Source: Flavobacteriaceae bacterium
Lineage (GTDB): Bacteria; Bacteroidota; Bacteroidia; Flavobacteriales; Flavobacteriaceae
NCBI GenBank assembly: GCA_947461425.1
Contig: CANHKZ010000001.1
Location: forward strand, 1,346 to 65,345
Direction of reading: 5' to 3'
DNA: 64,000 bases
How positions within the stretch are numbered: the first letter of the stretch is position 1; every line of letters starts with the position of its first letter. Below are positions 1 through 9,064 of this stretch, one piece after another. A model generated the notes under the pieces. That model was not told where the DNA came from. It did no database searches and saw nothing but the letters and a program-made list of their open reading frames with translations. The position numbers and the translations under genes are program-made.

Positions 1-89
1 TATTATAGAGAATCCCAAAAAAAGCAAGAACATAAATTACTTTTAGAAACCAAGGTTCTTTGGCAAAATAAGTGTTTTTGAACATAGTA

Positions 90-695
90 TTACTTTTTAT
101 TTTGGTACAACACAGGATTCAAATCATCGTCATTGTACATTTTCATTTGTTTGTACACTTTCATGAATTTGTTTCCACTTTCAATGTCGGTTATCAAATC
201 GTCAATCGCAGTCGATAAATCAGTTCTTTGTTCCAATAAAACGTTTAATTTTTCTTGGCACTTGTTTTTGTGTTCTTGCGAGGCATCGGCCCGACTTACC
301 TCTTCTTGCATATGGTAAATTTTCAGTGCCAAAATGGACAATCTGTCAAAAGCCCAAGCGGGACTTTCGGAGTTGATTTTAGCTTCTGGTTTGGCATTAA
401 CCTGACTGTATTTTTGCAAAAAATAACTGTCAATATATTCTACCATATCCGTGCGTTCTTGATTGGAAGCATCAATTCTTCTTTTCAAAGTCAAAGCGGC
501 AACTGGATTAATATTCGGATCGCGAATGATGTCTTCAAAATGCCATTGTACCGTGTCAATCCAATTTTTGTGGTACAACAAATGCTCAAATTGATCCTTT
601 GGAAAAGGATTGTTAATGGGTTGATCCACGTTATCAAATTGGTGATACTCTTGGATGCTTTTTTCGAATACAGAATAGGCTAATTTTGAAAACAT
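90..695 (-). CDS. DUF4254-like conserved Bacteroidota protein
   Basis: 201-aa ORF with WHFEDIIRDP and RRIDASNQERTD motifs recognised as DUF4254; TATCTTTG -7 element just upstream. Confidence 0.75.
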   Translation of the reverse strand: MFSKLAYSVFEKSIQEYHQFDNVDQPINNPFPKDQFEHLLYHKNWIDTVQWHFEDIIRDPNINPVAALTLKRRIDASNQERTDMVEYIDSYFLQKYSQVNAKPEAKINSESPAWAFDRLSILALKIYHMQEEVSRADASQEHKNKCQEKLNVLLEQRTDLSTAIDDLITDIESGNKFMKVYKQMKMYNDDDLNPVLYQNKK

Positions 696-789
696 ATCGT
701 TATATATTGAAAGACAAAGATACTTTTTTATACATTTATAGTGTTGAAAATAACTAAAGTTTTACCAAAACGTCCAAGAATTCAATATT

Positions 790-1443
790 ATGCAAATCCA
801 TCACCTATCTGAAAATAATAGTATTCTAAATCATTTTTTAGGTCAAATCCGGGAGGTAACTATCCAAAAGGACAGTCTTCGTTTTAGAAAAAACATGGAG
901 CGTATTGGCGAAATCATGGCCTATGAATTAAGTAAAAATTTGGACTATCAAGCGGTTGCAATAGCCACGCCTTTGGGAACTAAAGAAACGCAATACATCA
1001 AAAATTCATTAGTGATTTGTTCCATTCTTCGCGCAGGCTTAAGCTTGCATAATGGGTTCTTAAATTATTTTGACTCTGCCGAAAACGGATTTATTTCGGC
1101 CTACCGACATCATCCCAACAAGGATGATTTTTTCGAAATTATAGTGCAGTACCAAGCTGTTGCTGATATTAATAACAAAACGGTTGTCGTTGTAGATCCT
1201 ATGTTGGCCACTGGGCAATCTATTGTGGCGGTGTATAAACAATTGATGGAAAGAGGTGCGCCAGCCGAAATTCATATTGCTGTGGTGATTGCTGCTCCGG
1301 AAGGAATTGCGCATTTGCTAGCTGAATTGCCTGACAACTGTCATCTTTGGATTGCCGCAACTGATGATCACCTCAACGAGCACAGTTATATCATTCCGGG
1401 ATTGGGAGATGCTGGAGATTTAGCCTACGGCGCAAAATTATAG
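790..1443 (+). CDS. upp: uracil phosphoribosyltransferase
   Basis: SILRAG, PRPP-binding VDPMLATGQS and C-terminal YIIPGLGDAGD motifs. Confidence 0.95.
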   Translation: MQIHHLSENNSILNHFLGQIREVTIQKDSLRFRKNMERIGEIMAYELSKNLDYQAVAIATPLGTKETQYIKNSLVICSILRAGLSLHNGFLNYFDSAENGFISAYRHHPNKDDFFEIIVQYQAVADINNKTVVVVDPMLATGQSIVAVYKQLMERGAPAEIHIAVVIAAPEGIAHLLAELPDNCHLWIAATDDHLNEHSYIIPGLGDAGDLAYGAKL

Positions 1444-2367
1444 TTGACTTACAAACAAAAACAGACTGCACAATAGTACCGCAATAAAAACTATTTCTTT
1501 TTTAAAATTGGTTTGGGAATAGTCCAAATGGGCGCTAGCCAAAACGGCCAAGGGTGCAATGGTGAAAACTAAAATATCACTGCTTTTATTGGCTGAAACT
1601 AGAAAAACAATTACGCCAATGAAAAAGGAAGCGATCATTTTCTTATAAGAAATTTGCGTAGTTGACGGACGGTGTGACAAAGTAATCATCATCGAAAAAA
1701 CAAAAAACAAAACGACTGACACATAAATGGAAAAGGCTAAGTTTTGATTGCTATTGGTAAAATAATCAATTGCAAAATCCGATTGCGTTATTTCTTCAAA
1801 GTACTTTATCGCGTTAATGTTACTATAAGTAGTAAAAAAAGCAAAAAAGACTGCTACTACAAAAAAGGCAATGAAGGGCAAAACCCAATTGGTATAGTCT
1901 CTAGAAACCGATAAAAGAATGGACAAAAAGACTAAAATCAGAAACAAAATGGCCCAAAAATGAAATAGTGAAGCCAAAATGATCCACAAAGAAGCATCAA
2001 ATATTTTTTCTTTAGCTGCTTTCCTCGACTGCAACGAAATCAATCGGCGTAAGGCTAATAAAATGAAAAAATTGGCCAAAAGGAGGTTTAAATTGTTCAG
2101 TATTGTAGGGAAAAACAACAGCAATAAGAAGAAAAAAATAGCCGTATAACCAGTGTCTTTAGTGAGTCCGTTGCGTTTTCCAATAAAGCTAGTTAAGAAA
2201 ATAGAGGCCAATAGAATTAGTAAAGAAAATCCCTTTTTTAGAAGCATAACGCCCGAGCTCAACCAAGAAGGATCTTGAATTTGATAGATAAAAAAGAAAA
2301 ACATCACTATAAATACGATTAAAGCGTAATTTAATGGTGTAGATTTTTTAAAAACACTTGCAATCAT
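1438..2367 (-). CDS. multi-pass membrane protein (DUF6427-like)
   Basis: 309 aa, very hydrophobic, KEKIFDASLWI motif; position next to upp/purD. Confidence 0.65.
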   Translation of the reverse strand: MIASVFKKSTPLNYALIVFIVMFFFFIYQIQDPSWLSSGVMLLKKGFSLLILLASIFLTSFIGKRNGLTKDTGYTAIFFFLLLLFFPTILNNLNLLLANFFILLALRRLISLQSRKAAKEKIFDASLWIILASLFHFWAILFLILVFLSILLSVSRDYTNWVLPFIAFFVVAVFFAFFTTYSNINAIKYFEEITQSDFAIDYFTNSNQNLAFSIYVSVVLFFVFSMMITLSHRPSTTQISYKKMIASFFIGVIVFLVSANKSSDILVFTIAPLAVLASAHLDYSQTNFKKEIVFIAVLLCSLFLFVSQL

Positions 2368-2501
2368 AAGGATATTTTATACTTTTGTGTCCGTAAATAT
2401 ACTATTTGTTTAAAACAAGTTCAAAAAAGATTGGAGGCACGGTCTGGATTTCTTTTTTAAATTTACGCTAACTCAAAATAACAACATAATTTTATATCAT
2501 T

Positions 2502-2732
2502 ATGAAATCATTTTTCGAAGGAATTCAATTCTTATTTGTAGATGTTTTATTTGTCCCTCTTGATTTTTTAAGAGCTATAGAACTTTCTTCTTGGTTTGGT
2601 GCCAATGCGATCAACTGGATCTTTGTGATTGTTTGTGCTTCTGCAATGGTATATTGGATCAAACAATTGCAAATTTTTGACCAAGCCGGTACTGAAGATC
2701 AAGACACAACGGCACATTCTTTCTTGAAATAA
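2502..2732 (+). CDS. small membrane protein (DUF6341-like)
   Basis: 76 aa with one or two hydrophobic segments, ends TAHSFLK; TACTTTTG promoter element at about 2380. Confidence 0.65.
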   Translation: MKSFFEGIQFLFVDVLFVPLDFLRAIELSSWFGANAINWIFVIVCASAMVYWIKQLQIFDQAGTEDQDTTAHSFLK

Positions 2733-2757
2733 TAAAGAAATTAAACGATATTGGAAA

Positions 2758-4032
2758 TTACTTTAAGTCGTTTCCAATATCGTTTCTAAAATACATCTTA
2801 TCAAAATGAAGCTTAGCGATATTTTGGTAAGATTTTTTTATGGCCTCTTCAAAGTTATCGCCATAGGAAGTAACTGTTAAAACACGTCCTCCGTTAGACA
2901 ACACTTGATTGTTTTCTAATTTCGTTCCAGCGTGAAAAACAATCGAATCCGTGATGTTTTCTAAACCGGTTATTACTTTTCCTTTTTCAAATTCTTCTGG
3001 ATATCCGCCCGAAACTACCATAATGGTTGTGGCACTTCTTTCGTCAACTTGTAAAGTAATTTCGTCTAGTTTTTCATTGGCTACCGCCAAAAACAAGGCT
3101 ACTAAATCGGTTTTCAATCTTGGAATGACTACTTCCGTTTCGGGATCGCCCATACGCACATTGTATTCAATCACGATCGGTTCGCCTTTTACATTGATTA
3201 ATCCAATAAAAACAAATCCTTTGTACGGAATACCGTCTTTTTGGAAACCATCAATCGTTGGTTTTACGATGCGTGTTTCGATTTTTTCCATCAAAACAGC
3301 ATCTACGTACGGAACAGGAGAAACGGCTCCCATACCGCCTGTATTTAAACCCGTATCGCCTTCGCCAATGCGTTTGTAGTCTTTGGCTGTGGGCAAAATT
3401 TTATAACTCTTTCCGTCTGTCAAAACAAAACAGCTCAGTTCGATGCCGTCCAAAAATTCTTCGATTACGACTTTAGCACTTGCCGTTCCGAATTTTTGGT
3501 GTACCAACATATTGCGCAATTCTTCTTTGGCTTCCGCCAAATCTTGAATAATCAACACGCCTTTTCCGGCAGCTAATCCGTCTGCTTTTAATACATAGGG
3601 TGGTTGCAACGTTTCTAAAAATTGGCATCCTTTTTCTACCGTTTCCACTGTAAAACTGTCGTAAGCGGCTGTTGGAATGTTATGTCTGAATAAGAATTCT
3701 TTGGCAAATTCTTTACTTCCTTCTAATTGCGCGCCAATTGACGATGGACCAATTACAGGAATATGTTTTATATCGGCATCATTCAAGAAAAAATCGTAAA
3801 TTCCTTTTACCAAAGGATCTTCGGGTCCTACAACTACCATTTCCACTTTTTCTTTCAAGACAAAGTCTTTAATCGCTGGAAAGTCCGTTGGGTTAATGTT
3901 GATATTATTGGCTATTGCTGCGGTTCCGGCGTTTCCTGGTGCTACAAAAAGGTTGTCGCAAAGCGGACTCTGAATCATTTTCCATGCAAAAGCATGTTCT
4001 CTCCCGCCTGAACCCAATAGTAAAATAGTCAT
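2758..4032 (-). CDS. purD: phosphoribosylamine--glycine ligase
   Basis: GSGGREHA, LEGSKEFAKEF, KADGLAAGKGV, NTGGMG and EYNVRMGDPE motifs. Confidence 0.97.
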   Translation of the reverse strand: MTILLLGSGGREHAFAWKMIQSPLCDNLFVAPGNAGTAAIANNININPTDFPAIKDFVLKEKVEMVVVGPEDPLVKGIYDFFLNDADIKHIPVIGPSSIGAQLEGSKEFAKEFLFRHNIPTAAYDSFTVETVEKGCQFLETLQPPYVLKADGLAAGKGVLIIQDLAEAKEELRNMLVHQKFGTASAKVVIEEFLDGIELSCFVLTDGKSYKILPTAKDYKRIGEGDTGLNTGGMGAVSPVPYVDAVLMEKIETRIVKPTIDGFQKDGIPYKGFVFIGLINVKGEPIVIEYNVRMGDPETEVVIPRLKTDLVALFLAVANEKLDEITLQVDERSATTIMVVSGGYPEEFEKGKVITGLENITDSIVFHAGTKLENNQVLSNGGRVLTVTSYGDNFEEAIKKSYQNIAKLHFDKMYFRNDIGNDLK

Positions 4033-4130
4033 GTTGTAGTTTATTAGTTGTCGTGCAAAAATAATGGCTTTTGAACGGAAATAATAATTAATTTTTAAAA
4101 AGTTGTTGGGAGAACTTATGCGTATCTGTT

Positions 4131-4967
4131 TTATTCTAAATTTTTCTTTTTCGAATTATCAGTAAGTGCTTTGAAATTTTCTTTGCTTACAATTTTTTTG
4201 CCCGATTTCTTTTCCAATTCTTTGCGGGCATTACCAGCAACACTTCCACCTGCTTTGGCGGCTTTTTGATTTTCCACAAAACCAATTGCATCTTTATTTT
4301 TTGCAATTTCAGTTGTCGAAGCTTCGCCTAGCATAGTGAATATCAACTCTAAATCGGTCATGTGGTCGCGGAGATTTTCGTTGACTTTAGTTAATCCTTT
4401 TAGTTTTTTGTAATCGCTTGGAACAATACCAAAAGTGGCTTTGCTTATTTCGGCGGTAAGTATCGCATATTCTTTTCCTTCTTTCACACCTCGTTCATTC
4501 CATTCTTTAGTTAATTCATCACGAACTACAATTCCTCTTATTCGTTTTTCTATCCACGCATCACTATAACCTTTAGCTTTGTAAGTGGCTCTAATTCGGG
4601 CTTGAGCCAATTCAGGATTTTCGATTTCGGCAATTCGTTCCGCACCCACTTGCGCTAACCATTGTTTGAAAGGCTCCGCTTTTGGGGATGGAACGGATTG
4701 GATGAGTCTTAAAAGTTGTTCTGTATCAGCAACATCTGTCATTCTCATTTTTCCGTCTGCAGCAAGCATTTTCAAACCGTGACAATTCGTCACGGTTTCA
4801 TTTCCGTCCGCTTTTAATCGTTGCTTTAATTTTCTCCAATAGGCTAAAGGGTCAACACTTTCGGTCAATATAAAAATGATATCCGTAATACTGAAATACC
4901 ATTTCTGCTCTTGCTCGTTCCAAATTGAACGTACATTTTTTTCTTCAAATAATTTAATGTTGCTCAT
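4131..4967 (-). CDS. BRO-N domain / phage antirepressor-like DNA-binding protein
   Basis: N-terminal VRSIWNEQEQKWYFSITD, YWRKLKQRL, LRLIQSVPSPKAEPFKQWLA typical of BRO-family proteins; TACATTTG element at 4997-5004. Confidence 0.8.
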   Translation of the reverse strand: MSNIKLFEEKNVRSIWNEQEQKWYFSITDIIFILTESVDPLAYWRKLKQRLKADGNETVTNCHGLKMLAADGKMRMTDVADTEQLLRLIQSVPSPKAEPFKQWLAQVGAERIAEIENPELAQARIRATYKAKGYSDAWIEKRIRGIVVRDELTKEWNERGVKEGKEYAILTAEISKATFGIVPSDYKKLKGLTKVNENLRDHMTDLELIFTMLGEASTTEIAKNKDAIGFVENQKAAKAGGSVAGNARKELEKKSGKKIVSKENFKALTDNSKKKNLE

Positions 4968-5073
4968 ACTAAATTTAAGTTTGGGGTTCTTAAATTCAAA
5001 TGTACGTTTTTATCCTAAAATGAATTGTTGACAAGTTGAAATAATTGATTTCAAAAGGGTGTTAAATAACTAA

Positions 5074-5104
5074 AACTTACAAGGTCAAAAAGACCTTGCA
5101 GGTT
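5074..5104. repeat. REP-like palindrome
   Basis: aacttacaaggtc-aaaaa-gaccttgcaggtt imperfect hairpin; related to 50981-51013 and 47288-47319. Confidence 0.55.
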
Positions 5105-5169
5105 AGATAATTCTGTAAACAAAAACCCCCTAAAATAGCGGGCTACGATTTGATTTTGTGTGTCAAATT

Positions 5170-5316
5170 TTACTTTTTTTCTAGTAATTCTTTAGTCAAT
5201 TCTAATTGTTGTTTTTGCAGACTTATAATCTCGTCTATTCGGAGCATCCATGCTCCAAGTAATCTAATTACTAAAACAATTACTACCAAAATTACGATTG
5301 CTACAATTGCTTCCAT
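5170..5316 (-). CDS. 48-aa single-TM protein with coiled-coil tail (not in ORF track)
   Basis: Manual translation MEAIVAIVILVVIVLVIRLLGAWMLRIDEIISLQKQQLELTKELLEKK*; A-rich 5' leader. Confidence 0.7.
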   Translation of the reverse strand: MEAIVAIVILVVIVLVIRLLGAWMLRIDEIISLQKQQLELTKELLEKK

Positions 5317-5350
5317 TTTTTTTGGGTTTTTAAAGATTCTTATTTAGTTG

Positions 5351-5398
5351 TTAAAATTTTCTTTGCTTACAATTTTTTGCCTGATTTCTTTTCTAATT
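5351..5398 (-). pseudogene. remnant copy of the BRO-N gene 3' end
   Basis: About 48 nt nearly identical to 4171-4219 (3 substitutions and 1 indel by eye). Confidence 0.65.
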
Positions 5399-5410
5399 GT
5401 CGATCGAGGG

Positions 5411-6343
5411 TTAATTTGATAAAGTTATTTTAATGGCTAATTCACCAAACTTATTATCATATTTATCCAGGTATTTACTAAATTCTGATTTTTTGTGAAT
5501 TCCTCTAGAAACCCATTTGCCTGCAAAGAAGTGCCAGGAAGTGCCTGAATCTGAGGGGATGGTGCCAATCGTTGGGCAGTAACTCAGTCCGTCTTTATAC
5601 ACTTTCTTCTTGGGGCCCGGAAGCCAGCCTTGTATTTTTGCATTATTTTCACCAAGAGTATATTTAAATGTGTATTTATTCTCTTCTATAATCATCCATT
5701 CAAAAGCAATAAACAAACCAGAATCTGGAATTACGATGTTTTTATCTTTCAAATCAACTGTGGTATCTCGCTTTCCTTTTTTAACCCTAACAATAATGAT
5801 GTCGTCTGAATAATCCAAGCCCGGACTTCCGTCTGGAGCCACTTCATAAAACCGAAGCTTTATTTTCGCATTGTTAATATTTGACCGAGTTAAAAAAGTA
5901 ATTGCATCGACAAAAGGATGTTTTTTTATGTCTTGGGTTGGCGTTATAAATTTGGCTATTATTGTAGGCTGGATACCTGCTCCATAATATAAATTAATGT
6001 TTTCCTTTTGATACTTTCCAATTTCGATTTGGTCTTTTCCAATTCGTTTTTGAATTACAACCTCGTTTAATTGATAAGCAATTGATTGTAAAACTACTTT
6101 TCTAGCTTCACTTAGTTTGGCTTTTACTGTTTGAAATCCAACGGCTGAAAAAACGAGGGTTTTGTTTACATCAACGGTGATCGAAAATTCGCCATTTTCC
6201 TCAGAAGTCGTTCCGATGTTTTCATTTTCGACCCAGATATTCACATACGGAATGGGCTTGCCCAATTCGTCAACCACAACGCCTTTGGTTTGCGCAAAAA
6301 AGGAAAAGGACAGCAATAAAAAAAAAGAAAACTTATTCATCAT
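5411..6343 (-). CDS. carboxypeptidase-regulatory-like (CarboxypepD_reg) domain secreted protein
   Basis: Signal peptide, then GVVVDELGKPIPYVNIWVENENIGTTSEENGEFS; paralog of 12332..13210; start placed at MMNKF (ORF track begins 6385). Confidence 0.8.
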   Translation of the reverse strand: MMNKFSFFLLLSFSFFAQTKGVVVDELGKPIPYVNIWVENENIGTTSEENGEFSITVDVNKTLVFSAVGFQTVKAKLSEARKVVLQSIAYQLNEVVIQKRIGKDQIEIGKYQKENINLYYGAGIQPTIIAKFITPTQDIKKHPFVDAITFLTRSNINNAKIKLRFYEVAPDGSPGLDYSDDIIIVRVKKGKRDTTVDLKDKNIVIPDSGLFIAFEWMIIEENKYTFKYTLGENNAKIQGWLPGPKKKVYKDGLSYCPTIGTIPSDSGTSWHFFAGKWVSRGIHKKSEFSKYLDKYDNKFGELAIKITLSN

Positions 6344-6431
6344 ACAAAATAGGATATTAAAATTGTCAAGCTTAATTTGGTTCACTCTGATTAAATTCTG
6401 AAATGGTATTTAAAAGCGCAAGGGGTTTAAA

Positions 6432-6535
6432 ATGGCTGTTAACGTTATGCAACGCGATGTGTTAGATTTAAAAGTACTTGCTTTCAATTTAGCACTAAAC
6501 CCGCCATATTGCCAAGGCTGCTGTTGGCTTTAGTT
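6432..6535 (-). repeat. attC-like cassette boundary element C
   Basis: Minus strand begins (TA)ACTAAAGCCAAC overlapping the TlpA stop and ends GTTAACAGCCAT; 6464-6535 is a near-copy of 7301-7370. Confidence 0.7.
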
Positions 6536-7247
6536 ATTTCAATTTTTCTAATTTTTTGATAAAATCTTTGCCGTCTCCTATTTTTAATTTTCCATTTTCA
6601 CCCCTTTCGTAAGGAATACCATACTCAGAGTATATTACAATTCCGTTTTTATCTAAAAATAGATTTACTGGATAAGATTTTAATTGCAATTTGTCTGTAA
6701 ATTCTCTTGCATCAACTATATGTAAGAATTTATATAAATGTTTTTTTAGAAACTTATCTACCTGTTTTTGAGATTCATAGGTTACAGCTATGAAATTATA
6801 TTTTTCTTTATACTCATCGTAAATTTTGTTAAGTATTGGCATTTCATCGATGCAAGGTGCGCAAGCAGTAAACCAAAAATTTATTAAGGTTGGTTTTCCA
6901 TTTAATTTATTTATTGGTATCTTTTTTCCATTTATATCTGTTAAAATCATTTCAGGAAGTTTTTTGCCTACATATTCTGATAAAGGACCTTTAAAAGCAT
7001 TAGTGTCCTTAATTTCAAATTTAACAAAATGGATAATTGAATCTGTTTTAGTTTCTGTATTATCAATATTGAACTTGACAAACGCTTCCTTATTAGATAT
7101 TTTTTTGTATTTTGTTTTTAATTCAGAAGTTTTTAAGTCAAGTTCTGCTTTAGTCAGCCTGTTTTTTCCATTTGTCGAATAATATTCTGTTTGAGAAAAA
7201 CAATTTAAAGCTGTAATCAAAAATGTTGTTAAAATTAGTTTTTTCAT
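6534..7247 (-). CDS. TlpA/ResA-family thiol-disulfide oxidoreductase (cassette 3)
   Basis: Signal peptide; INFWFTACAPCIDEMP (CxxC) and cis-Pro SYP motif. Confidence 0.88.
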   Translation of the reverse strand: MKKLILTTFLITALNCFSQTEYYSTNGKNRLTKAELDLKTSELKTKYKKISNKEAFVKFNIDNTETKTDSIIHFVKFEIKDTNAFKGPLSEYVGKKLPEMILTDINGKKIPINKLNGKPTLINFWFTACAPCIDEMPILNKIYDEYKEKYNFIAVTYESQKQVDKFLKKHLYKFLHIVDAREFTDKLQLKSYPVNLFLDKNGIVIYSEYGIPYERGENGKLKIGDGKDFIKKLEKLK

Positions 7248-7264
7248 GTTTTAGTTTTTTTATA

Positions 7265-7370
7265 ATTGTCTCCAAACAGTTTGCATATTTATGAAGTGGA
7301 AGATTTAAAAGCAATTGCTTTCAATTTAGCACTAAACCCCTATTTTGCCAGACTGCTGTTGGCTTTAGTT
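7265..7370 (-). repeat. attC-like cassette boundary element B
   Basis: Minus strand AACTAAAGCCAAC (contains the upstream gene's TAA) ... GTTTGGAGACAAT, 17 nt before the next ATG. Confidence 0.7.
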
Positions 7371-8051
7371 GTTTTTTATTCTGTAAATTATTCTGTCATT
7401 ATTACTATTAAAAAAATTCATTCCTAAATCATTTTTCAACTGTAATTTTAATTTATCAAATGATGTTTTTTTCCACTTGTAATTAATTCTTTCAGAATTA
7501 GTTTCGCAAGTGGTTTTTTCTAAAAATTCTGAATTCAATACTTCTGCTAGCTTATTTAAATCACAATTAGATAGTATAATTGAGTCTTTAAAAATGGTAA
7601 CTGAAGAAATTTTATTTTTTGAATTACTAATGAATTTCGAATATTTTAAACTGTCTTTAATTGTAATATTGAATGATTGATATTTCTCTTTAATTATTTT
7701 TAGTTTTAATTCGTGGATAATTTTATTTAAAACAACTTCATTAACAGAAATGTTTTCATCTTTTTGCTTGATAAGTAAAGCGTATTTTTTATTTTGTGAT
7801 TTTTCATTGTCAAATTTTATATTGCTTGTGTCGGTTTTAATTAGTATACCAAATATTTCTTTCAGCGTTATATTTTCTGCATTAATGTTTAATGGTGTTT
7901 TTTGAATATGATTGGTAAAATCATGATGGAAATATGCTGCTTTTTTAATCTCAATTTTATACGTTTCAGTATCTGCATTAAATGAATTGTTTTTACAAGA
8001 ATTCAAAGTAATAAATAACGCAAGAAAAAAGATTTTTTTTAGTAGATTCAT
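7365..8051 (-). CDS. lipoprotein, possibly DUF3738/TIGR03435-like (cassette 2)
   Basis: Start reassigned to ATG 8051 (MNLLKKIFFLALFITLNSC, lipobox); NITLKEIF, NCDLNKLAEVL and LKNDLGM patterns recall DUF3738 (weak). Confidence 0.6.
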   Translation of the reverse strand: MNLLKKIFFLALFITLNSCKNNSFNADTETYKIEIKKAAYFHHDFTNHIQKTPLNINAENITLKEIFGILIKTDTSNIKFDNEKSQNKKYALLIKQKDENISVNEVVLNKIIHELKLKIIKEKYQSFNITIKDSLKYSKFISNSKNKISSVTIFKDSIILSNCDLNKLAEVLNSEFLEKTTCETNSERINYKWKKTSFDKLKLQLKNDLGMNFFNSNNDRIIYRIKNN

Positions 8052-8067
8052 TTTTGTGTTTTTTATA

Positions 8068-8214
8068 ATTAAAGTTAACGTTTTCTGGGGCTTGTAGCAG
8101 TAGCAGATAAATATACCCAAACTTTTCTTTAAACACTAACCCTTGCAAGTACAAAAGCGACTTTCAGTTATGCCCGAAAGCCGCTATTGCTAAAAACTGC
8201 GTTTGTAAGAAGCT
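8068..8214 (-). repeat. attC-like cassette boundary element A
   Basis: Minus strand AGCTTCTTACAAAC 2 nt after a stop codon; internal inverted repeat TAGCAATAGCGG/CTGCTACTGCTA (10/12); ends GTTAACTTTAAT 16 nt before the next ATG. Confidence 0.7.
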
Positions 8215-8216
8215 AT

Positions 8217-8387
8217 TTATAAATTGGTAATCTTGTCATAAATAAAATAACCCATTAGTAATAATAGTAACGAAGTTCTAAGATATTCATATTTCTTTTT
8301 CTTTACTCTGTTATTAACTAATCTATATAAAACAAATAAAGAAATTAAAGAAAAAAAGCCTATATACATAAAATCTAATACTTTCAT
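8217..8387 (-). CDS. 56-aa two-TM protein, candidate immunity protein (not in ORF track)
   Basis: Manual translation MKVLDFMYIGFFSLISLFVLYRLVNNRVKKKKYEYLRTSLLLLLMGYFIYDKITNL*; starts 10 nt after the upstream stop. Confidence 0.7.
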   Translation of the reverse strand: MKVLDFMYIGFFSLISLFVLYRLVNNRVKKKKYEYLRTSLLLLLMGYFIYDKITNL

Positions 8388-8397
8388 ACTTTATAAT

Positions 8398-8982
8398 TTA
8401 AAACCAACCCATACAATCACCAAAATCGTAAACTATCAAAGTTGCGCCAACAACTCCCAAATATCTAGTTGCAACCTTACCAATAGCTCTTATTAATAAT
8501 CTACGATTAGAAAATTGGTTCCAAAAACCTTCGTGAAGTTCAAAACCAACAAAAGAACGAGCAACACAATCTAAAACAGAAGGATCGCCTTGAACTTGCA
8601 TTTGATAATTATCTTCTTCCATTTCGATAATTAAAATACCAACTAAAGCAATTTCAGGCGCATCTAAAGAACCAAATTCGTGAATTATTTCAGCTTGCGT
8701 AATGCCTTCTTGCAATAAAAGGTTTTTTGTTTCAATTACAAATGGTTCTAAAAATTCTTGAGCGTCTGCTTCTGTTAAGCCAGTACCACGCATCTGAAGC
8801 GAATTACTTAGTTTTTGGTTTTCTTTAACCTTATTAAATTGTAATTTTAAGGTTGATGCTAATTTTTTTGCATCAGCCTTTTTTTCAATTACATTTTCAT
8901 CATTTTCACTTGAACAAGAATAAAAAGAAAATGATACCAAAGTTATTAAAAGACTCGCGAAAATAAAAAATTTAGATTTCAT
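8398..8982 (-). CDS. lipoprotein with Cys-bracketed cationic amphipathic C-terminus (bacteriocin-like precursor?)
   Basis: Lipobox FYSC, acidic middle region, C-terminal DCVARS...RRLLIRAIGKVATRYLGVVGATLIVYDFGDCMGWF. Confidence 0.6.
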   Translation of the reverse strand: MKSKFFIFASLLITLVSFSFYSCSSENDENVIEKKADAKKLASTLKLQFNKVKENQKLSNSLQMRGTGLTEADAQEFLEPFVIETKNLLLQEGITQAEIIHEFGSLDAPEIALVGILIIEMEEDNYQMQVQGDPSVLDCVARSFVGFELHEGFWNQFSNRRLLIRAIGKVATRYLGVVGATLIVYDFGDCMGWF

Positions 8983-9064
8983 ATTGATATATTATTATTA
9001 AATTAAAATTGATAAATACTACATTTCCCATTTTATAAAGCAATTTTCAAGATTTTGTAGCAAA

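Noticed and set aside
5150-5347. 65-aa plus-strand ORF
   Set aside because: Antisense shadow of the 48-aa minus-strand ORF
8052-8120. N-terminal 23 aa of the ORF-track call 7365..8120
   Set aside because: Lies inside boundary element A; ATG 8051 gives a proper lipoprotein signal
6432-8214. Repeats read as a CRISPR array
   Set aside because: Units are over 100 bp, divergent and separated by whole genes; no cas genes in the window
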